From the IMG/VR virus record IMGVR_UViG_3300031857_000027: 64,000 bases of DNA; one strand, written 5' to 3'. Below are positions 35,851 through 46,465 of this stretch, in pieces. Every line of letters starts with the position of its first letter. The first letter of the stretch is position 1. The stretch is from a virus. A program made the translations under genes and the position numbers. The notes under the pieces are model-generated. The model had not been told where the DNA came from. It was given only the letters and a program-made list of their open reading frames with translations, and made no database searches.

Positions 35851-38298
35851 CTAAGTCCATTTGAGAATGACTACACCTGAACCACCAGCACCACCGGCAC
35901 CACCAGAATACAGCCATCCGCCGCCTCCACCACCACCGGAGTTGGTATTTGCTGCGGCTGCCGCATTTGTAGCACCAGCACTACCGCCTTGAGAAGCAGT
36001 TCCTCCACTGTTTCCGCTACCACCACCGCCACCACCGGCATATCCAATACTCGAACCAGAAAGTGTTGAAAATAATCCTACACCACCAGTGCCACCGCCT
36101 CCACCAACTGCACCATTCTGTCCTGCTCCTCCTGCACCACCGCCGCCACCGCCAGCATCATTAGCACCATTTCCGCCGCTGTTTCCTTGACCTGGTGTTC
36201 CAGGTGCGCCGGCTATTAGACCTGCCGGTTGTCCAGGATAAGAAGTGCCTCCTCCACCAGAACCACCACTTCTTGCAAATGTGCCACTGCTTGGAGCACC
36301 AGTAGCACCACCACCTCCACCGGTTGCCCACAAACTAGACACTGGTGATGTGCTAAAAACGCCTGAATTTGATCCATTTGTTCCCGCTACTTGTGATGGA
36401 CCACCTCCACCACCACCTCCAACGACAACTGTATAAACTTGTCCCGGAGATACTGCTAAATTTGTGCCTGTAAGAAATCCACCAGCACCACCGCCACCTG
36501 CAACAGAACCTCCACCTCCACCACCGCCAGCGACGATTAGGTATTCAAGACTTGTTGTGCCTGTTGGTACTGTCCATGTTGTGGTGTTAGAGAAAACAGT
36601 AAATTTATTTTGTAAAGCCGATACTCTAATAACAGCAAAACCTGAGCCACCAGCACCACCAGCAGTTCCAGGTTCACCAGTATATCCACCACCACCGCCA
36701 CCACCACCACGATTAGATACAGCAACACCTCCAGTTGCCGCCGATGGAGAATTTACGCCATTTGCACCGCCACAAATAAAATGTCCAAATGGTGTGTTTG
36801 TTGGATTTAAATATGCACCACCGCCACCACCACCGGCATAACCAACATTAGCACCAGTAATTGATGAGAAAATTCCTATGCCACCATTTGAGGATGTTCC
36901 TGACGGGCTGCCAAAGCCAGCACCACCGCCACCACCTCCTCCACCAGAACGATCAGTGCCACCACCAACCGCACTTCCACCGGCACCACCATCGAATCCT
37001 TGACCTGGTGTGCCTCTTCCTCCTGGCGTTGAATTATTTAAACCTCTGCCATTACCACCACCAGAACCACCGGATTGTCCATATCCACTGTCTGTTGCAG
37101 CACCTCCCCCACCACCTATTGCAGTCAAAAGAACAGAAGAAGTTACTGTGTTTCCAGCAGAAAGAACTGTGTTTACTCCATTACTACCGACACCAGGAGC
37201 ACCCGCCGTGCCACCTCCACCAATCTGAATTGTGTAAAGTTGTTCGGGTGCTACTACATAACCTGTACCTTGCAATAAACCGCCAGCACCACCGCCACCA
37301 CCAATACGACCACCACCACCTCCACCTCCAGCAATTAATAGATAGTCAATATTAGTAACGCCGGGGGGTATTACTAATTGACCAGTGTTTGCAAATACAT
37401 ATACACCATTGACACCTGCGGTTTCTGTATAGCGAATGATGATGATGCCGGACCCACCTGCCCCACCTGCCGCTGTGTAAGCTCCGCCGCCACCGCCACC
37501 GCCAGTATTTGCTGTGCCACTTTGCACTGGCGGCGCACCGGGATAATTACCCCCACCATTACCACCACCACCAATACCACCGCCACCTACAGTGCCGTTT
37601 GTGTATACACCTCCACCACCGCCGCCACCATATGCTACATTGGCACCAGATATAGTAGAGTATATTCCCGCACCACCTGCTGCACCAAAAGCACCATTTG
37701 CTTTCCCGTTTTGACCAGTGTTAGCAGCACCACCGCCGCCACCATGACCATAATTTGGTGTACCGCTTACACCAGAACCACCAGCACCTCCATTGTTTCC
37801 TTGTCCTGGAGTACCTAGTCCCCCAGGTGCATTAAAAGCAGGGTCAGAATTTGCGCCACCACCACCAGAGCCACCCGAAAACCCAGGTTGTCCAGCATAT
37901 GGATTGCCATTTCTTGTTCCACCGCCACCACCACCTATCGCTGTTAGTGAACCGAATACTGAGTTGGAGCCGTTGCTTCCGTTTATACCATTATCGGAAC
38001 TGGTAGCGGCAGCACCTCCACCACCTATTGTAATTGTGTATGATTGACCCGGCGTTACAGAAAAACCGATGCCTTGTAAAACTCCACCGGCACCACCGCC
38101 ACCACCAAAAGAACCACCACCTCCACCACCGGCGACTAAAAGATAATCAACAGATGTCACACCCGAAGGTGCTACCCATGTTGTTGCTTGAGTGAATATT
38201 CTTGTGACTGTATATGAAACTATGGCAGCACTAGCAGAGATGCCTCTGCCAAGAATCCCAGGTAAAGAACCAACCGCAAAAGTTGACAACAAAGGCAT
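35851..38298 (-). CDS. Glycine-rich putative adhesin/receptor-binding protein with three tandem polyglycine domains
   Basis: Three copies of F....(W/L)..P.G.T...YL..AGGGGGG...GGSG..(I/V)I. Confidence 0.7.
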   Translation of the reverse strand: MPLLSTFAVGSLPGILGRGISASAAIVSYTVTRIFTQATTWVAPSGVTSVDYLLVAGGGGGGSFGGGGGAGGVLQGIGFSVTPGQSYTITIGGGGAAATSSDNGINGSNGSNSVFGSLTAIGGGGGGTRNGNPYAGQPGFSGGSGGGGANSDPAFNAPGGLGTPGQGNNGGAGGSGVSGTPNYGHGGGGGAANTGQNGKANGAFGAAGGAGIYSTISGANVAYGGGGGGGVYTNGTVGGGGIGGGGNGGGNYPGAPPVQSGTANTGGGGGGGAYTAAGGAGGSGIIIIRYTETAGVNGVYVFANTGQLVIPPGVTNIDYLLIAGGGGGGGRIGGGGGAGGLLQGTGYVVAPEQLYTIQIGGGGTAGAPGVGSNGVNTVLSAGNTVTSSVLLTAIGGGGGAATDSGYGQSGGSGGGNGRGLNNSTPGGRGTPGQGFDGGAGGSAVGGGTDRSGGGGGGGGAGFGSPSGTSSNGGIGIFSSITGANVGYAGGGGGGAYLNPTNTPFGHFICGGANGVNSPSAATGGVAVSNRGGGGGGGGYTGEPGTAGGAGGSGFAVIRVSALQNKFTVFSNTTTWTVPTGTTSLEYLIVAGGGGGGGSVAGGGGAGGFLTGTNLAVSPGQVYTVVVGGGGGGGPSQVAGTNGSNSGVFSTSPVSSLWATGGGGGATGAPSSGTFARSGGSGGGGTSYPGQPAGLIAGAPGTPGQGNSGGNGANDAGGGGGGAGGAGQNGAVGGGGGTGGVGLFSTLSGSSIGYAGGGGGGSGNSGGTASQGGSAGATNAAAAANTNSGGGGGGGWLYSGGAGGAGGSGVVILKWT

Positions 38299-38438
38299 TA
38301 CATTCCACCGAATAAAAACGCATCGTCAAAAATGTCGGGTGGTGAAACGATGTTGTTTGCGCTAACGGCGTTATTTGCAATCAAATTGCCTGTAACTGCA
38401 CGAACTTGTATTATTCCAGTTTCAACTTTTTGTATCAT
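38298..38438 (-). CDS. 46-aa micro-protein MIQKVETGIIQVRAVTGNLIANNAVSANNIVSPPDIFDDAFLFGGM (not in ORF track)
   Basis: Fills the gap; AAGGTG SD upstream; TAATG coupling to the next gene; C-terminal ~31 aa nearly identical to the end of the 51693-52181 protein. Confidence 0.8.
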   Translation of the reverse strand: MIQKVETGIIQVRAVTGNLIANNAVSANNIVSPPDIFDDAFLFGGM

Positions 38439-38446
38439 TTTACACC

Positions 38447-39004
38447 TTAGGGGTTTTGATTTAACGCTCTTTGAAAATTACTATTTGCCGCTAATACTGT
38501 GTAAACATTTGCTGCCGTTTTTAAAATATTAAATGAATATATGTCAATGGATTCTTGTTGTGTAGTAGAAAAACCAGGAGCTGAATTTCCTGCCCACCAA
38601 GGATTTTGTAAAGTACCATCAACATAAACATTGGCACGATATCTCGTTGCACCATGCTTCAATAAAATTGCCGCAGTAATTGTTTGTCCAATAGTCAACT
38701 GTGAATCAAGAGTATTTTGTGTGTTCGCTCTAAAATTAAAAGTTACATTTGCTGTTGTGTTTGAAGAAAAGAAATAAACAGTATTGTTTTCTAAATCAAT
38801 GTTTACATTACCACCAACAGCAACGGAGTATACATTTGCAGATTCAAGAACTTGACTCAAAGATATGTGAAGGTTTGCAGCAAGAGTGTTGCCTGCAATT
38901 TGACCTGCTACAATATTGTTTGCACGAACGGCATTACCTGCAATTTTGTTTCCAATAATTGCACCATCTGCAATACGACCTGATTCTACTTTTTGATCTG
39001 ACAT
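38447..39004 (-). CDS. Fibre-associated protein (pentapeptide-repeat stalk + beta-sandwich head)
   Basis: IADGAIIGNKIAGNAV repeats; paralogue of 39009-39542. Confidence 0.65.
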   Translation of the reverse strand: MSDQKVESGRIADGAIIGNKIAGNAVRANNIVAGQIAGNTLAANLHISLSQVLESANVYSVAVGGNVNIDLENNTVYFFSSNTTANVTFNFRANTQNTLDSQLTIGQTITAAILLKHGATRYRANVYVDGTLQNPWWAGNSAPGFSTTQQESIDIYSFNILKTAANVYTVLAANSNFQRALNQNP

Positions 39005-39008
39005 TTAA

Positions 39009-39542
39009 TTAACCAAATCCATATGATGTTCTTGATCCTAAAACTGAAAACGCATTGGATCCTGTTTTAATTGATGTGAAGGTATAAACATCTAATTGTT
39101 GATTCGTAAGTGATGCTGCATAAGTCGGTCTAGTGTTACCACTCCATCTTGTATTGCCTGATTGATAAACACCATCAATTGCCAAATTGGCCAAGAACTG
39201 TGTGGAGCCTTGTGTCAATATGAATGCTGTAGTAATTGATTGACCGTTTGCCATAAAACTATTTAAAGTAGTTTCTGGACTTACCCGAATATTAAAAGTA
39301 ACATTATCAGCAACATTACTGGTTACATAATAAACTGAATTGTCATCAAGTGATACATTTACATTACCGCTTGTTGAACTTGAAATCAAATTAGCATTTT
39401 CCAATAAACGATTTACTGGAGCAAGTTTTACAGAAGCAATCGTGTTATTAGCAACCAAATTACCCGTAATTGTACCAACGGCTATTTTGGCTCCAGTAAC
39501 CGAAGTATTGGCAAATCTATTAGTGTTTATTCTTTGCGTCAT
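39009..39542 (-). CDS. Fibre-associated protein, paralogue of 38447-39004
   Basis: Shared LE.AN...GNVN..L....VY...NVTFN.R...GQ.IT...W.GN..P...D.Y.F...KT pattern. Confidence 0.65.
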   Translation of the reverse strand: MTQRINTNRFANTSVTGAKIAVGTITGNLVANNTIASVKLAPVNRLLENANLISSSTSGNVNVSLDDNSVYYVTSNVADNVTFNIRVSPETTLNSFMANGQSITTAFILTQGSTQFLANLAIDGVYQSGNTRWSGNTRPTYAASLTNQQLDVYTFTSIKTGSNAFSVLGSRTSYGFG

Positions 39543-39569
39543 TTTATTTCATTTTTTGTTTATTTAGAG

Positions 39570-42500
39570 TTAGCCACCAAATACAATTGACATTGCAATT
39601 GCTTTACCTGTTGTCGCCGCAGACTGAATCGATGTATTAAGTGATGTACTCAATTTTTGTGAAGTTATGCTGCCATCTGGAATAACAAATGCGTTTGCCG
39701 TTGTGTACATAGTGGCAACACGCACCAATTCACCATTAGCAGGAATTTCATCTAATGTAATTGTCTGTAAAGCGGTATTTACAGTATAATCATTTATAGA
39801 CTGGACAATACCGTCAATTGTTACAATAAGTGTTTCACGGGCCTGAGGATTAAATCCTAAGTTAAATGTAGCAGTTGTACCAGTTGATATTGTTTCAAAT
39901 ACAGATACAGAGACATTTGAACTTACATATTGAATATAATAAGGATTAATTTTTTCAAAGCCAACAATTCGAATGTTTTCATTATTACCTGGCGCAGTGA
40001 CAAATGTAACTGTGTTTGTTGATGGAGTTACGGTATACGCAGTTTCGGGTTGTAAAATACCACCAATAGAAACAAAAATGGCTTTGTTTGATTCCGGTCT
40101 AAATCCAATACTAAATGCTTGAGTTGAACCATCACCAACAGCACTGTATGTTGATACTACAGCACCAGCAGAATTCGCAATGTCTAAGAAATAAGGTACT
40201 ACATTATTAAATCCTGCCACACGAATGGATTGACCAGCAGGTGGAGGTTCATTAAATGAAATGGAATTATTTGAACGAGTTACAATATAATCCACAAGTT
40301 CAGTTTGAACAATACCACCAATTGAAACAATCACCGCACTGTTAGATGCAGGTGTAAATCCTAAAGCGTAAGTAGAAACAGCACCATTTGATGTTGTGTT
40401 AAATGTTGTGACTTCAGCATTAGCACCCGTATTTGCTTTGTCAAATGCAGCATTTGCTTGAATAAAGGCAGCATTTGCTTGACCACGAACCCAAGGATCG
40501 GATGCATTATTCGCCGCATTGAATGCCGCATTCGCATGAACATATGATGAATTGGCGTGAATGAAACCACTGTTGGCATGATTAAACGCCGACTGTGCAT
40601 GAAGAATACCAGCATTTGCTTGTATAAACGCAGAATTTGCAGTGTTAAATGCTGGTTGTACTTGTGGTGCTACATTATTTGCTGAAGCAAACGCCGCATT
40701 CGCATGGTCAAATGCTGCATTGGCCTGTGACGAAGTTGCATTCGCTACAATGAATGATGCATTCGCTTGATTGTATGATGCATTCGCTTGAATGAATCCA
40801 CTATTTGCATGGAAGAATGCAGAGTTTGCCTGCACAAATCCAGAATTTGCATGATCAAAACCAGCATTCGCTTGAATCGTCGTAGCATTCGCAACGATAA
40901 ATGCCGCATTTGCACGGTTACTTGCCGTTACTGCTTTATCGTCAGCAGTGTTAGCAGCATCAAATCCAGCATTTGCGTGATGAAAGGCTGACTGTGCATG
41001 AAGTATGCCAGCATTGGCTTGTATGAATGCTGCATTGGCGGTATGAAACGCCGGCTGAACTTGCGGTGCTACATTATTAGCAGCAGCAAACGCAGCATTC
41101 GCATGGGCGTATGCACCATTAGCGTATACACCAGCAGACGAAGCATTTGCATCAGCGTTGTTTGCTGTGATAAATGACGCATTGGCTTGAATGAATGCCG
41201 CATTGGCGGTATTAAACGCCGGTTGTACCTGTGGTGCTACATTGTTTGCAGAAGCAAATGCAGCGTTGGCGTGTACAAACGCAGAGTTAGCATATGATCC
41301 GGCAGATAGTGCATTTTGATCGGCCGTATTTGCTTTATCAAACGATGCATTAGCATGTATAAATGCTGAGTTGGCAGTATCGTATGCGGGCTGTACTTGC
41401 GGGAATACATTGTTTGCCGCCGCAAAGGCTGCATTGGCATGGTCAAACGATGCATTAGCCTGAATAAATGCTGAATTGCCCGTGTTGAACGCCGCATTAG
41501 CAGAAGCGAATGCACCATTAGCATTGGCAAAAGCGGCATTGGCCATCGCAAGACCAGCATTTGCATTTGCAAAAGCAGCGTTGGCATAATTACCAGTTGA
41601 GTTTTGACTTACGTAAGCAGCATTGGCATGATCAAAGGCTGAGTTGACATGAATGTAACCACTGTTAGCATGTATAAATGCCGCATTTGCATATTGACCA
41701 GTCGCATTCTGTGACTGATATGCTGCGTTGGCATGACCGAATGCGGAGTTGGTATGAATAAATGCGCCGTTGGCTACAGTAAACGCAGCATTAGCGTATT
41801 GACCTGTAGCATTCTGTGACTGATATGCAGAGTTCGCATGTATAAATGCCGCATTGGCATATTGACCAGTTGCATTTTGCGATAGATAAGCCGCATTCGC
41901 ATGAACATACGATGAGTTTGCCTGAATGAATCCGGAGTTTGCATGTTTAAAACTTGCAGTTGCTAAGTTCTCTGCAATGTTCGCTGTCGCAAATCCCGCT
42001 TTAGCGTGTTCATTTGTACTGTTTGCAAGATTCGCACCAATAGGATAAAACTCTTTTTCGTATGCTTCAAACGTGTCATATACTGCCCAACTGTTCGCAG
42101 TTTTATTTGCAAGAATAATATGGCCGGGTTCACCCGATCCTTCATATGCTAACCATTCATTAACAGTTTCATCCCAAAGAATATATGCGTTTGGTGATGA
42201 ACCACGATTGACAATGATTGCGGCATTGAGTGTTGGTGTACCAGTAACATTGGCACTCAGAATTACATTGTTACCACCAACAAACAATTGGTCCGTAGTA
42301 ATTGTTTGAGCATTACTAATTACAAGATTGCCTGTGATAGTCAGATTACCTGTGAACAAACCATCACCAGCAACGTGTAGGTTTGCTTGTGGGCTGTCTG
42401 TATCAATGCCTAAACGGTCGTTGGCATAATCCCAATACAGTTTAGTTGGGTCTTGATCAATTGCACCATTACGACCAAACAGAATAGCACCATTTGTTTT

Positions 42501-45362
42501 ATTCTTGCCTTCCATCAAATGTGAATAGACGAGAATTGAACCGTCTGTTACGTCTGACAGAGTAACATAACCAACTGCCATTGGTATACTTGGCGGCACT
42601 GGAGGAGTTGTTTGATATTCACCCGGCGTATCTGACAAGAACAACTCTTGTCCAGCAGCCAATAATGAAGTGTTAAGTCCTCTGATTTTACCATGTATCG
42701 TTACATAACCATAATCATTATTTGCAATTGCAGTTGAAGTAACACCAACAACTTCTGCATTTGCAGCAATGTCAGCAGAAGCAAGTGCAACAGCAGGGAA
42801 GCCATTTGCTGATGCATCACCACCTATACGGGCAACTTTGCCTCTGTCAATCGTGGTACCAGAATTGTTCCATACACGAATTACTGTTTCTTGACCAAGT
42901 TGAATCGTGTTATCAGATTCGTTGTTGTATGCTAAAGTTTTTTGATCATTGTCGTAAAAAATACGACCTTCATTTCTTGGTGGTACAGAAGATGATGTGT
43001 TTAGATCAATATACGAACCAACAAATACATTTTGTGTAGTTAGATTAGCATCAATTACAACATTAGCGGTAACTGTACCACCAAGATTTGCGTCTAATGA
43101 ATTGTTAGCACGAATGAATGCTGAGTTTGAAGTATCTCTTGCAACATTATCAATACCATAGCCAATGAATGCTGTGAATTGTTTTGTAGAATCCGGAAAT
43201 CTTATCTGGCCATCTGTACCAAAGTCCCATGTATTGCTTGTAGTTCCAGTGGTTTGAATATGTGCGCCACCCGGATCAACCCACATAACCGATTCGTCGG
43301 CAAAATTCATTCTTACATAACCAGCGCCACCGTTATTGTTATATAAATCAATACCATTCGGGAAACCACTTCTACCGATATCTCCACGTGATGCTGGTAA
43401 TGTTATTGTACCATCTTGAGTGAACGTGAAACTTCTTGTTGGTGAATCAAAAAGACCTTGATTCGTCTGAATAAGAACGCTAGTTTTACCATACAGCACT
43501 GCTTGACTAGCATTATCCAAATATATTCCAGTATTACCACTTTGTGCATTTGCTGTTATTGATAATACTCCATCACCCTGATTGGTAATTCTTCCTTTGG
43601 AAGGTCCGAATATTAAAGTGCCGGGAAGAGCAAATGCACCATTTGAATGTAATTGAGCAGTGAAGCCACTATTAACTAAGTTTGCTTTGTCAGTATTTGC
43701 TTGATTGTACGCAGCATTTGCCCAAATGAATGCAGCATTAGCATACTGACCAGTTGCATTCTGTGAGATGTATGCCGCATTGGCGTGATCAAAAGCGGCA
43801 TTCGTTTTTATAAATGCACTGTTAGCCTGAATGTATGCGGCGTTAGCAGCAGCAAAAGCACCGTTAGCGTTTGCAAAGGCAGCATTGGCTCTAGCAAAAG
43901 CACCATTGGCATTTGCGAAAGCATATGATGTGTAGACATACAGGTCTACTGTACCGTTTGCACCAAAGAAATAATTTGAGAAGATAGCATTAGCACCTGT
44001 AATGCTACCATTTGAACCCGTTGTTGTTAAAGTATTTGATGTAAGATTACCAACAATGACAACATCACCAGTAACTTGACCACCAACGTTTGCATTGAGT
44101 GAATTGTTTGCACGAATAAATCCTGCATTTGCATGATTGAATGCGGCGTTGGACTGAATGAATCCTGAGTTTGCTTGAATATATGCAGCATTAGCAGCAG
44201 CAAAAGCACCATTGGCATTTGCAAATGCGGCATTGGCTCTAGCAAAGGCACCGTTGGCATTTGCAAAAGCAGCATTCGCATGATCAAACGCTGAGTTTGT
44301 TTTTATGAAGCCGCTATTTGCATGGATGAATGCTGCATTTGTCTGTATGAATGCTGAGTTTGCTTGAATATAAGCAGCATTAGCAGCAGCAAATGCGCCG
44401 TTAGCATTTGCGAAAGCAGCATTCGCATGATGATACGCAGAGTTTGCTTGAATAAACCCGCTATTTGCGTAACTACCTGATGCATTCTGAAACTGAAACG
44501 CAGAGTTTGCATGAATAAATGCTGCGTTGGCTTGTTCAAATGCAGAGTTCGCACGAATACCACTTGTGTTCTGACTTGTGTATGCAGCATTCGCATGTAA
44601 GTATGCGGCATTTACATGAAAGAATGATGAATTAGCTTGAATGAATCCTGAGTTAGCATGAATATATGCCGCATTGGCCATTGCAAGACCAGCATTTGCA
44701 TTTGCAAACGAATAGTTAGCATGAAAGAATGCTGAGTTGGCTTGAATGAAACCACTATTCGCATGATCAAACGAATAATTAGCATGTAAAAATGCGGAAT
44801 TTGCTTTTACAAACGCAGAGTTGGCGTATGATGCTGGTGCCGAACCACCCAAGTCATCGTATGATATACCATCATTTGTGAACTGCCATTTATTGTCTGT
44901 TTCATTCCATAACAAATAAACGTTTGCTTCCACACCACGATCAATTTCAATACCCGCATTCATAGTCGGTGTACCCGACTGACTGATAGCAGCATTCAAT
45001 GTGATGATGTTATCACCAATCAATACGATTGGTACATTGGCGCCAATTGAACCGCCAATGATATTCAGATTACCTACAATAGTTAGATTACCAGTAATCG
45101 TGCCACCAGTATTTGCATTTACGGTATTATTTGCACGAAGAGATGTCGCATTAACAGAATTGAATACAGTATTTAATCTATCATATGCAGAAATGCCACG
45201 AATATAAGAATCGAAACCACCAATGATGATAGGACCGTCACCAGCTGGTGAACCAATGAATAATGTATTACTGCTATATGAATACGCTGGCTCACCAATG
45301 TTAAGTGTTGCTGGTGTGTTCGTGACAAGTGAACGCTTTATTTGTATTGTTGTATTTGCCAT
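39570..45362 (-). CDS. Long tail fibre-like protein with ~115 A-N-x-A-F-x-x heptads
   Basis: N-terminal IQIKRS...GEPAY (Mtd-N-like), AGIEIDRG domains, heptad blocks, three C-terminal (N/D/T)G....(F/Y).(L/I)G domains, and terminal GKAIAMSIVFGG. Confidence 0.75.
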   Translation of the reverse strand: MANTTIQIKRSLVTNTPATLNIGEPAYSYSSNTLFIGSPAGDGPIIIGGFDSYIRGISAYDRLNTVFNSVNATSLRANNTVNANTGGTITGNLTIVGNLNIIGGSIGANVPIVLIGDNIITLNAAISQSGTPTMNAGIEIDRGVEANVYLLWNETDNKWQFTNDGISYDDLGGSAPASYANSAFVKANSAFLHANYSFDHANSGFIQANSAFFHANYSFANANAGLAMANAAYIHANSGFIQANSSFFHVNAAYLHANAAYTSQNTSGIRANSAFEQANAAFIHANSAFQFQNASGSYANSGFIQANSAYHHANAAFANANGAFAAANAAYIQANSAFIQTNAAFIHANSGFIKTNSAFDHANAAFANANGAFARANAAFANANGAFAAANAAYIQANSGFIQSNAAFNHANAGFIRANNSLNANVGGQVTGDVVIVGNLTSNTLTTTGSNGSITGANAIFSNYFFGANGTVDLYVYTSYAFANANGAFARANAAFANANGAFAAANAAYIQANSAFIKTNAAFDHANAAYISQNATGQYANAAFIWANAAYNQANTDKANLVNSGFTAQLHSNGAFALPGTLIFGPSKGRITNQGDGVLSITANAQSGNTGIYLDNASQAVLYGKTSVLIQTNQGLFDSPTRSFTFTQDGTITLPASRGDIGRSGFPNGIDLYNNNGGAGYVRMNFADESVMWVDPGGAHIQTTGTTSNTWDFGTDGQIRFPDSTKQFTAFIGYGIDNVARDTSNSAFIRANNSLDANLGGTVTANVVIDANLTTQNVFVGSYIDLNTSSSVPPRNEGRIFYDNDQKTLAYNNESDNTIQLGQETVIRVWNNSGTTIDRGKVARIGGDASANGFPAVALASADIAANAEVVGVTSTAIANNDYGYVTIHGKIRGLNTSLLAAGQELFLSDTPGEYQTTPPVPPSIPMAVGYVTLSDVTDGSILVYSHLMEGKNKTNGAILFGRNGAIDQDPTKLYWDYANDRLGIDTDSPQANLHVAGDGLFTGNLTITGNLVISNAQTITTDQLFVGGNNVILSANVTGTPTLNAAIIVNRGSSPNAYILWDETVNEWLAYEGSGEPGHIILANKTANSWAVYDTFEAYEKEFYPIGANLANSTNEHAKAGFATANIAENLATASFKHANSGFIQANSSYVHANAAYLSQNATGQYANAAFIHANSAYQSQNATGQYANAAFTVANGAFIHTNSAFGHANAAYQSQNATGQYANAAFIHANSGYIHVNSAFDHANAAYVSQNSTGNYANAAFANANAGLAMANAAFANANGAFASANAAFNTGNSAFIQANASFDHANAAFAAANNVFPQVQPAYDTANSAFIHANASFDKANTADQNALSAGSYANSAFVHANAAFASANNVAPQVQPAFNTANAAFIQANASFITANNADANASSAGVYANGAYAHANAAFAAANNVAPQVQPAFHTANAAFIQANAGILHAQSAFHHANAGFDAANTADDKAVTASNRANAAFIVANATTIQANAGFDHANSGFVQANSAFFHANSGFIQANASYNQANASFIVANATSSQANAAFDHANAAFASANNVAPQVQPAFNTANSAFIQANAGILHAQSAFNHANSGFIHANSSYVHANAAFNAANNASDPWVRGQANAAFIQANAAFDKANTGANAEVTTFNTTSNGAVSTYALGFTPASNSAVIVSIGGIVQTELVDYIVTRSNNSISFNEPPPAGQSIRVAGFNNVVPYFLDIANSAGAVVSTYSAVGDGSTQAFSIGFRPESNKAIFVSIGGILQPETAYTVTPSTNTVTFVTAPGNNENIRIVGFEKINPYYIQYVSSNVSVSVFETISTGTTATFNLGFNPQARETLIVTIDGIVQSINDYTVNTALQTITLDEIPANGELVRVATMYTTANAFVIPDGSITSQKLSTSLNTSIQSAATTGKAIAMSIVFGG
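40430..44826 (-). repeat. 21-bp/heptad coding repeats in three blocks (~44826-44095, ~43925-43690, ~41960-40430)
   Basis: Recurrent ANAAFIH/ANSGFIQ/QNATGQY/ANNVAPQVQPAF units; boundaries approximate. Confidence 0.85.
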
Positions 45363-45371
45363 TTGTAATTC

Positions 45372-45593
45372 TTAGAATAGTCCACCGTCAATATCTGCAA
45401 TCGCAGTGACAGCAATTTTCGTTTCATATCGATTGTTTGCCGAACTATAGACTAAAGAAAATCCATCTTGCACACCATCTGTTGACACATCATTAATTTC
45501 CGCCAGTGTAACATTAGGTTTTGGTTTGTAATTCGGTGATACAAGTGTTGTTCTATTTGGTTGAAAAACCGTAACTTTACCTAAATCTGGCAT
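45372..45593 (-). CDS. Small fibre-associated protein ending in DGGLF
   Basis: L.EINDV...DG..LVY motif and C-terminal DIDGGLF. Confidence 0.65.
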   Translation of the reverse strand: MPDLGKVTVFQPNRTTLVSPNYKPKPNVTLAEINDVSTDGVQDGFSLVYSSANNRYETKIAVTAIADIDGGLF

Positions 45594-45596
45594 GAC

Positions 45597-45932
45597 TTAC
45601 CTCGTAACTGATGGAAGTACAACAGCAGTGCCTTCTACTACACGTGTCACGGAGTTATCAACAGAGTTTCTGATAATCAAGTCATACACATATCGGCCTG
45701 GCGTTAAATTTGCTGTGTTTGCAGCGGTCATCGATAACGTGATTTGACCGTTCGCATTTCCAGTAATGATTGCGGAAAGTGTATTTGCTGATGAAGAATA
45801 ATATGATTTGCGTAATTGAGCCGATGCAGAATATGTTGTAAGATTTACGGAGTCACCTTGTGTATCATTTACTGTGACAGTTGATGTGAGGTTTGCACCT
45901 TGCTCAATGGTAATTTCTACGTATGCCGCCAA
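45597..45932 (-). CDS. Conserved Ig-like virion protein (TTG start)
   Basis: ITIEQGA..., NLT.YSA.AQLRK, GRYVYD and RVVEG...V.PSVTR; AGGAG SD. Confidence 0.75.
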   Translation of the reverse strand: MAAYVEITIEQGANLTSTVTVNDTQGDSVNLTTYSASAQLRKSYYSSSANTLSAIITGNANGQITLSMTAANTANLTPGRYVYDLIIRNSVDNSVTRVVEGTAVVLPSVTR

Positions 45933-45979
45933 GATTGTCTCCTTCTAATCGTGTATTTAGTCAATCTTGTACCGCTAAT

Positions 45980-46005
45980 AAAAAACCCCGACTAGCGGGG
46001 TTTTT
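45980..46005. terminator. Bidirectional intrinsic terminator
   Basis: AAAAAACCCCG-ACTAG-CGGGGTTTTT. Confidence 0.8.
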
Positions 46006-46027
46006 GTTTTATGATTGAAAAACAATG

Positions 46028-46417
46028 TTACGCAGGTTGTGGTTCAACTTCTTTCCATGAAACTGTTTCTTCATCCCATGTATACATCTTCTTACCCTCA
46101 CCCATGCCGGCATCCGAAGGCATAGCTACAGGTGCTTCCCAATTTACATCTTCATTGTTCAACACCCATGAAGCATACGGTTTTGGTGGAACGAACGCAT
46201 CCAATTCTGCATTGTATGTATAACCGACACCTGCATAACGCTTGCGGAAGTTATGATTGTATGATGTCTGCTTCCAATTGCCACCAAACAATCTTTGACA
46301 GAAACCAATACCTAATTCTTCACGCTCAACGCCATTAGCGTCAAGTAATTCATTGTTGGACACAACAATGACTTGAGTTACAACATTGTTTTCATCAAGT
46401 TGTGCAAAATGTGCCAT
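46028..46417 (-). CDS. Conserved fibre-associated protein (MAHFA family)
   Basis: MAHFAQLD.NN.V..VIVV, WKQTSYN..FRK.YAG.GY.Y and F.PPKPY.SW; follows a Gly-rich gene. Confidence 0.7.
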   Translation of the reverse strand: MAHFAQLDENNVVTQVIVVSNNELLDANGVEREELGIGFCQRLFGGNWKQTSYNHNFRKRYAGVGYTYNAELDAFVPPKPYASWVLNNEDVNWEAPVAMPSDAGMGEGKKMYTWDEETVSWKEVEPQPA

Positions 46418-46465
46418 CTAAAAACTCCCTCTTTGTTAAAAGTTACTTTGTATTTATAAATCTAT

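Noticed and set aside
40430-44826. CRISPR-like array suggested by the periodic repeats
   Set aside because: The repeats are degenerate 21-bp in-frame coding units with no spacers and no cas genes.
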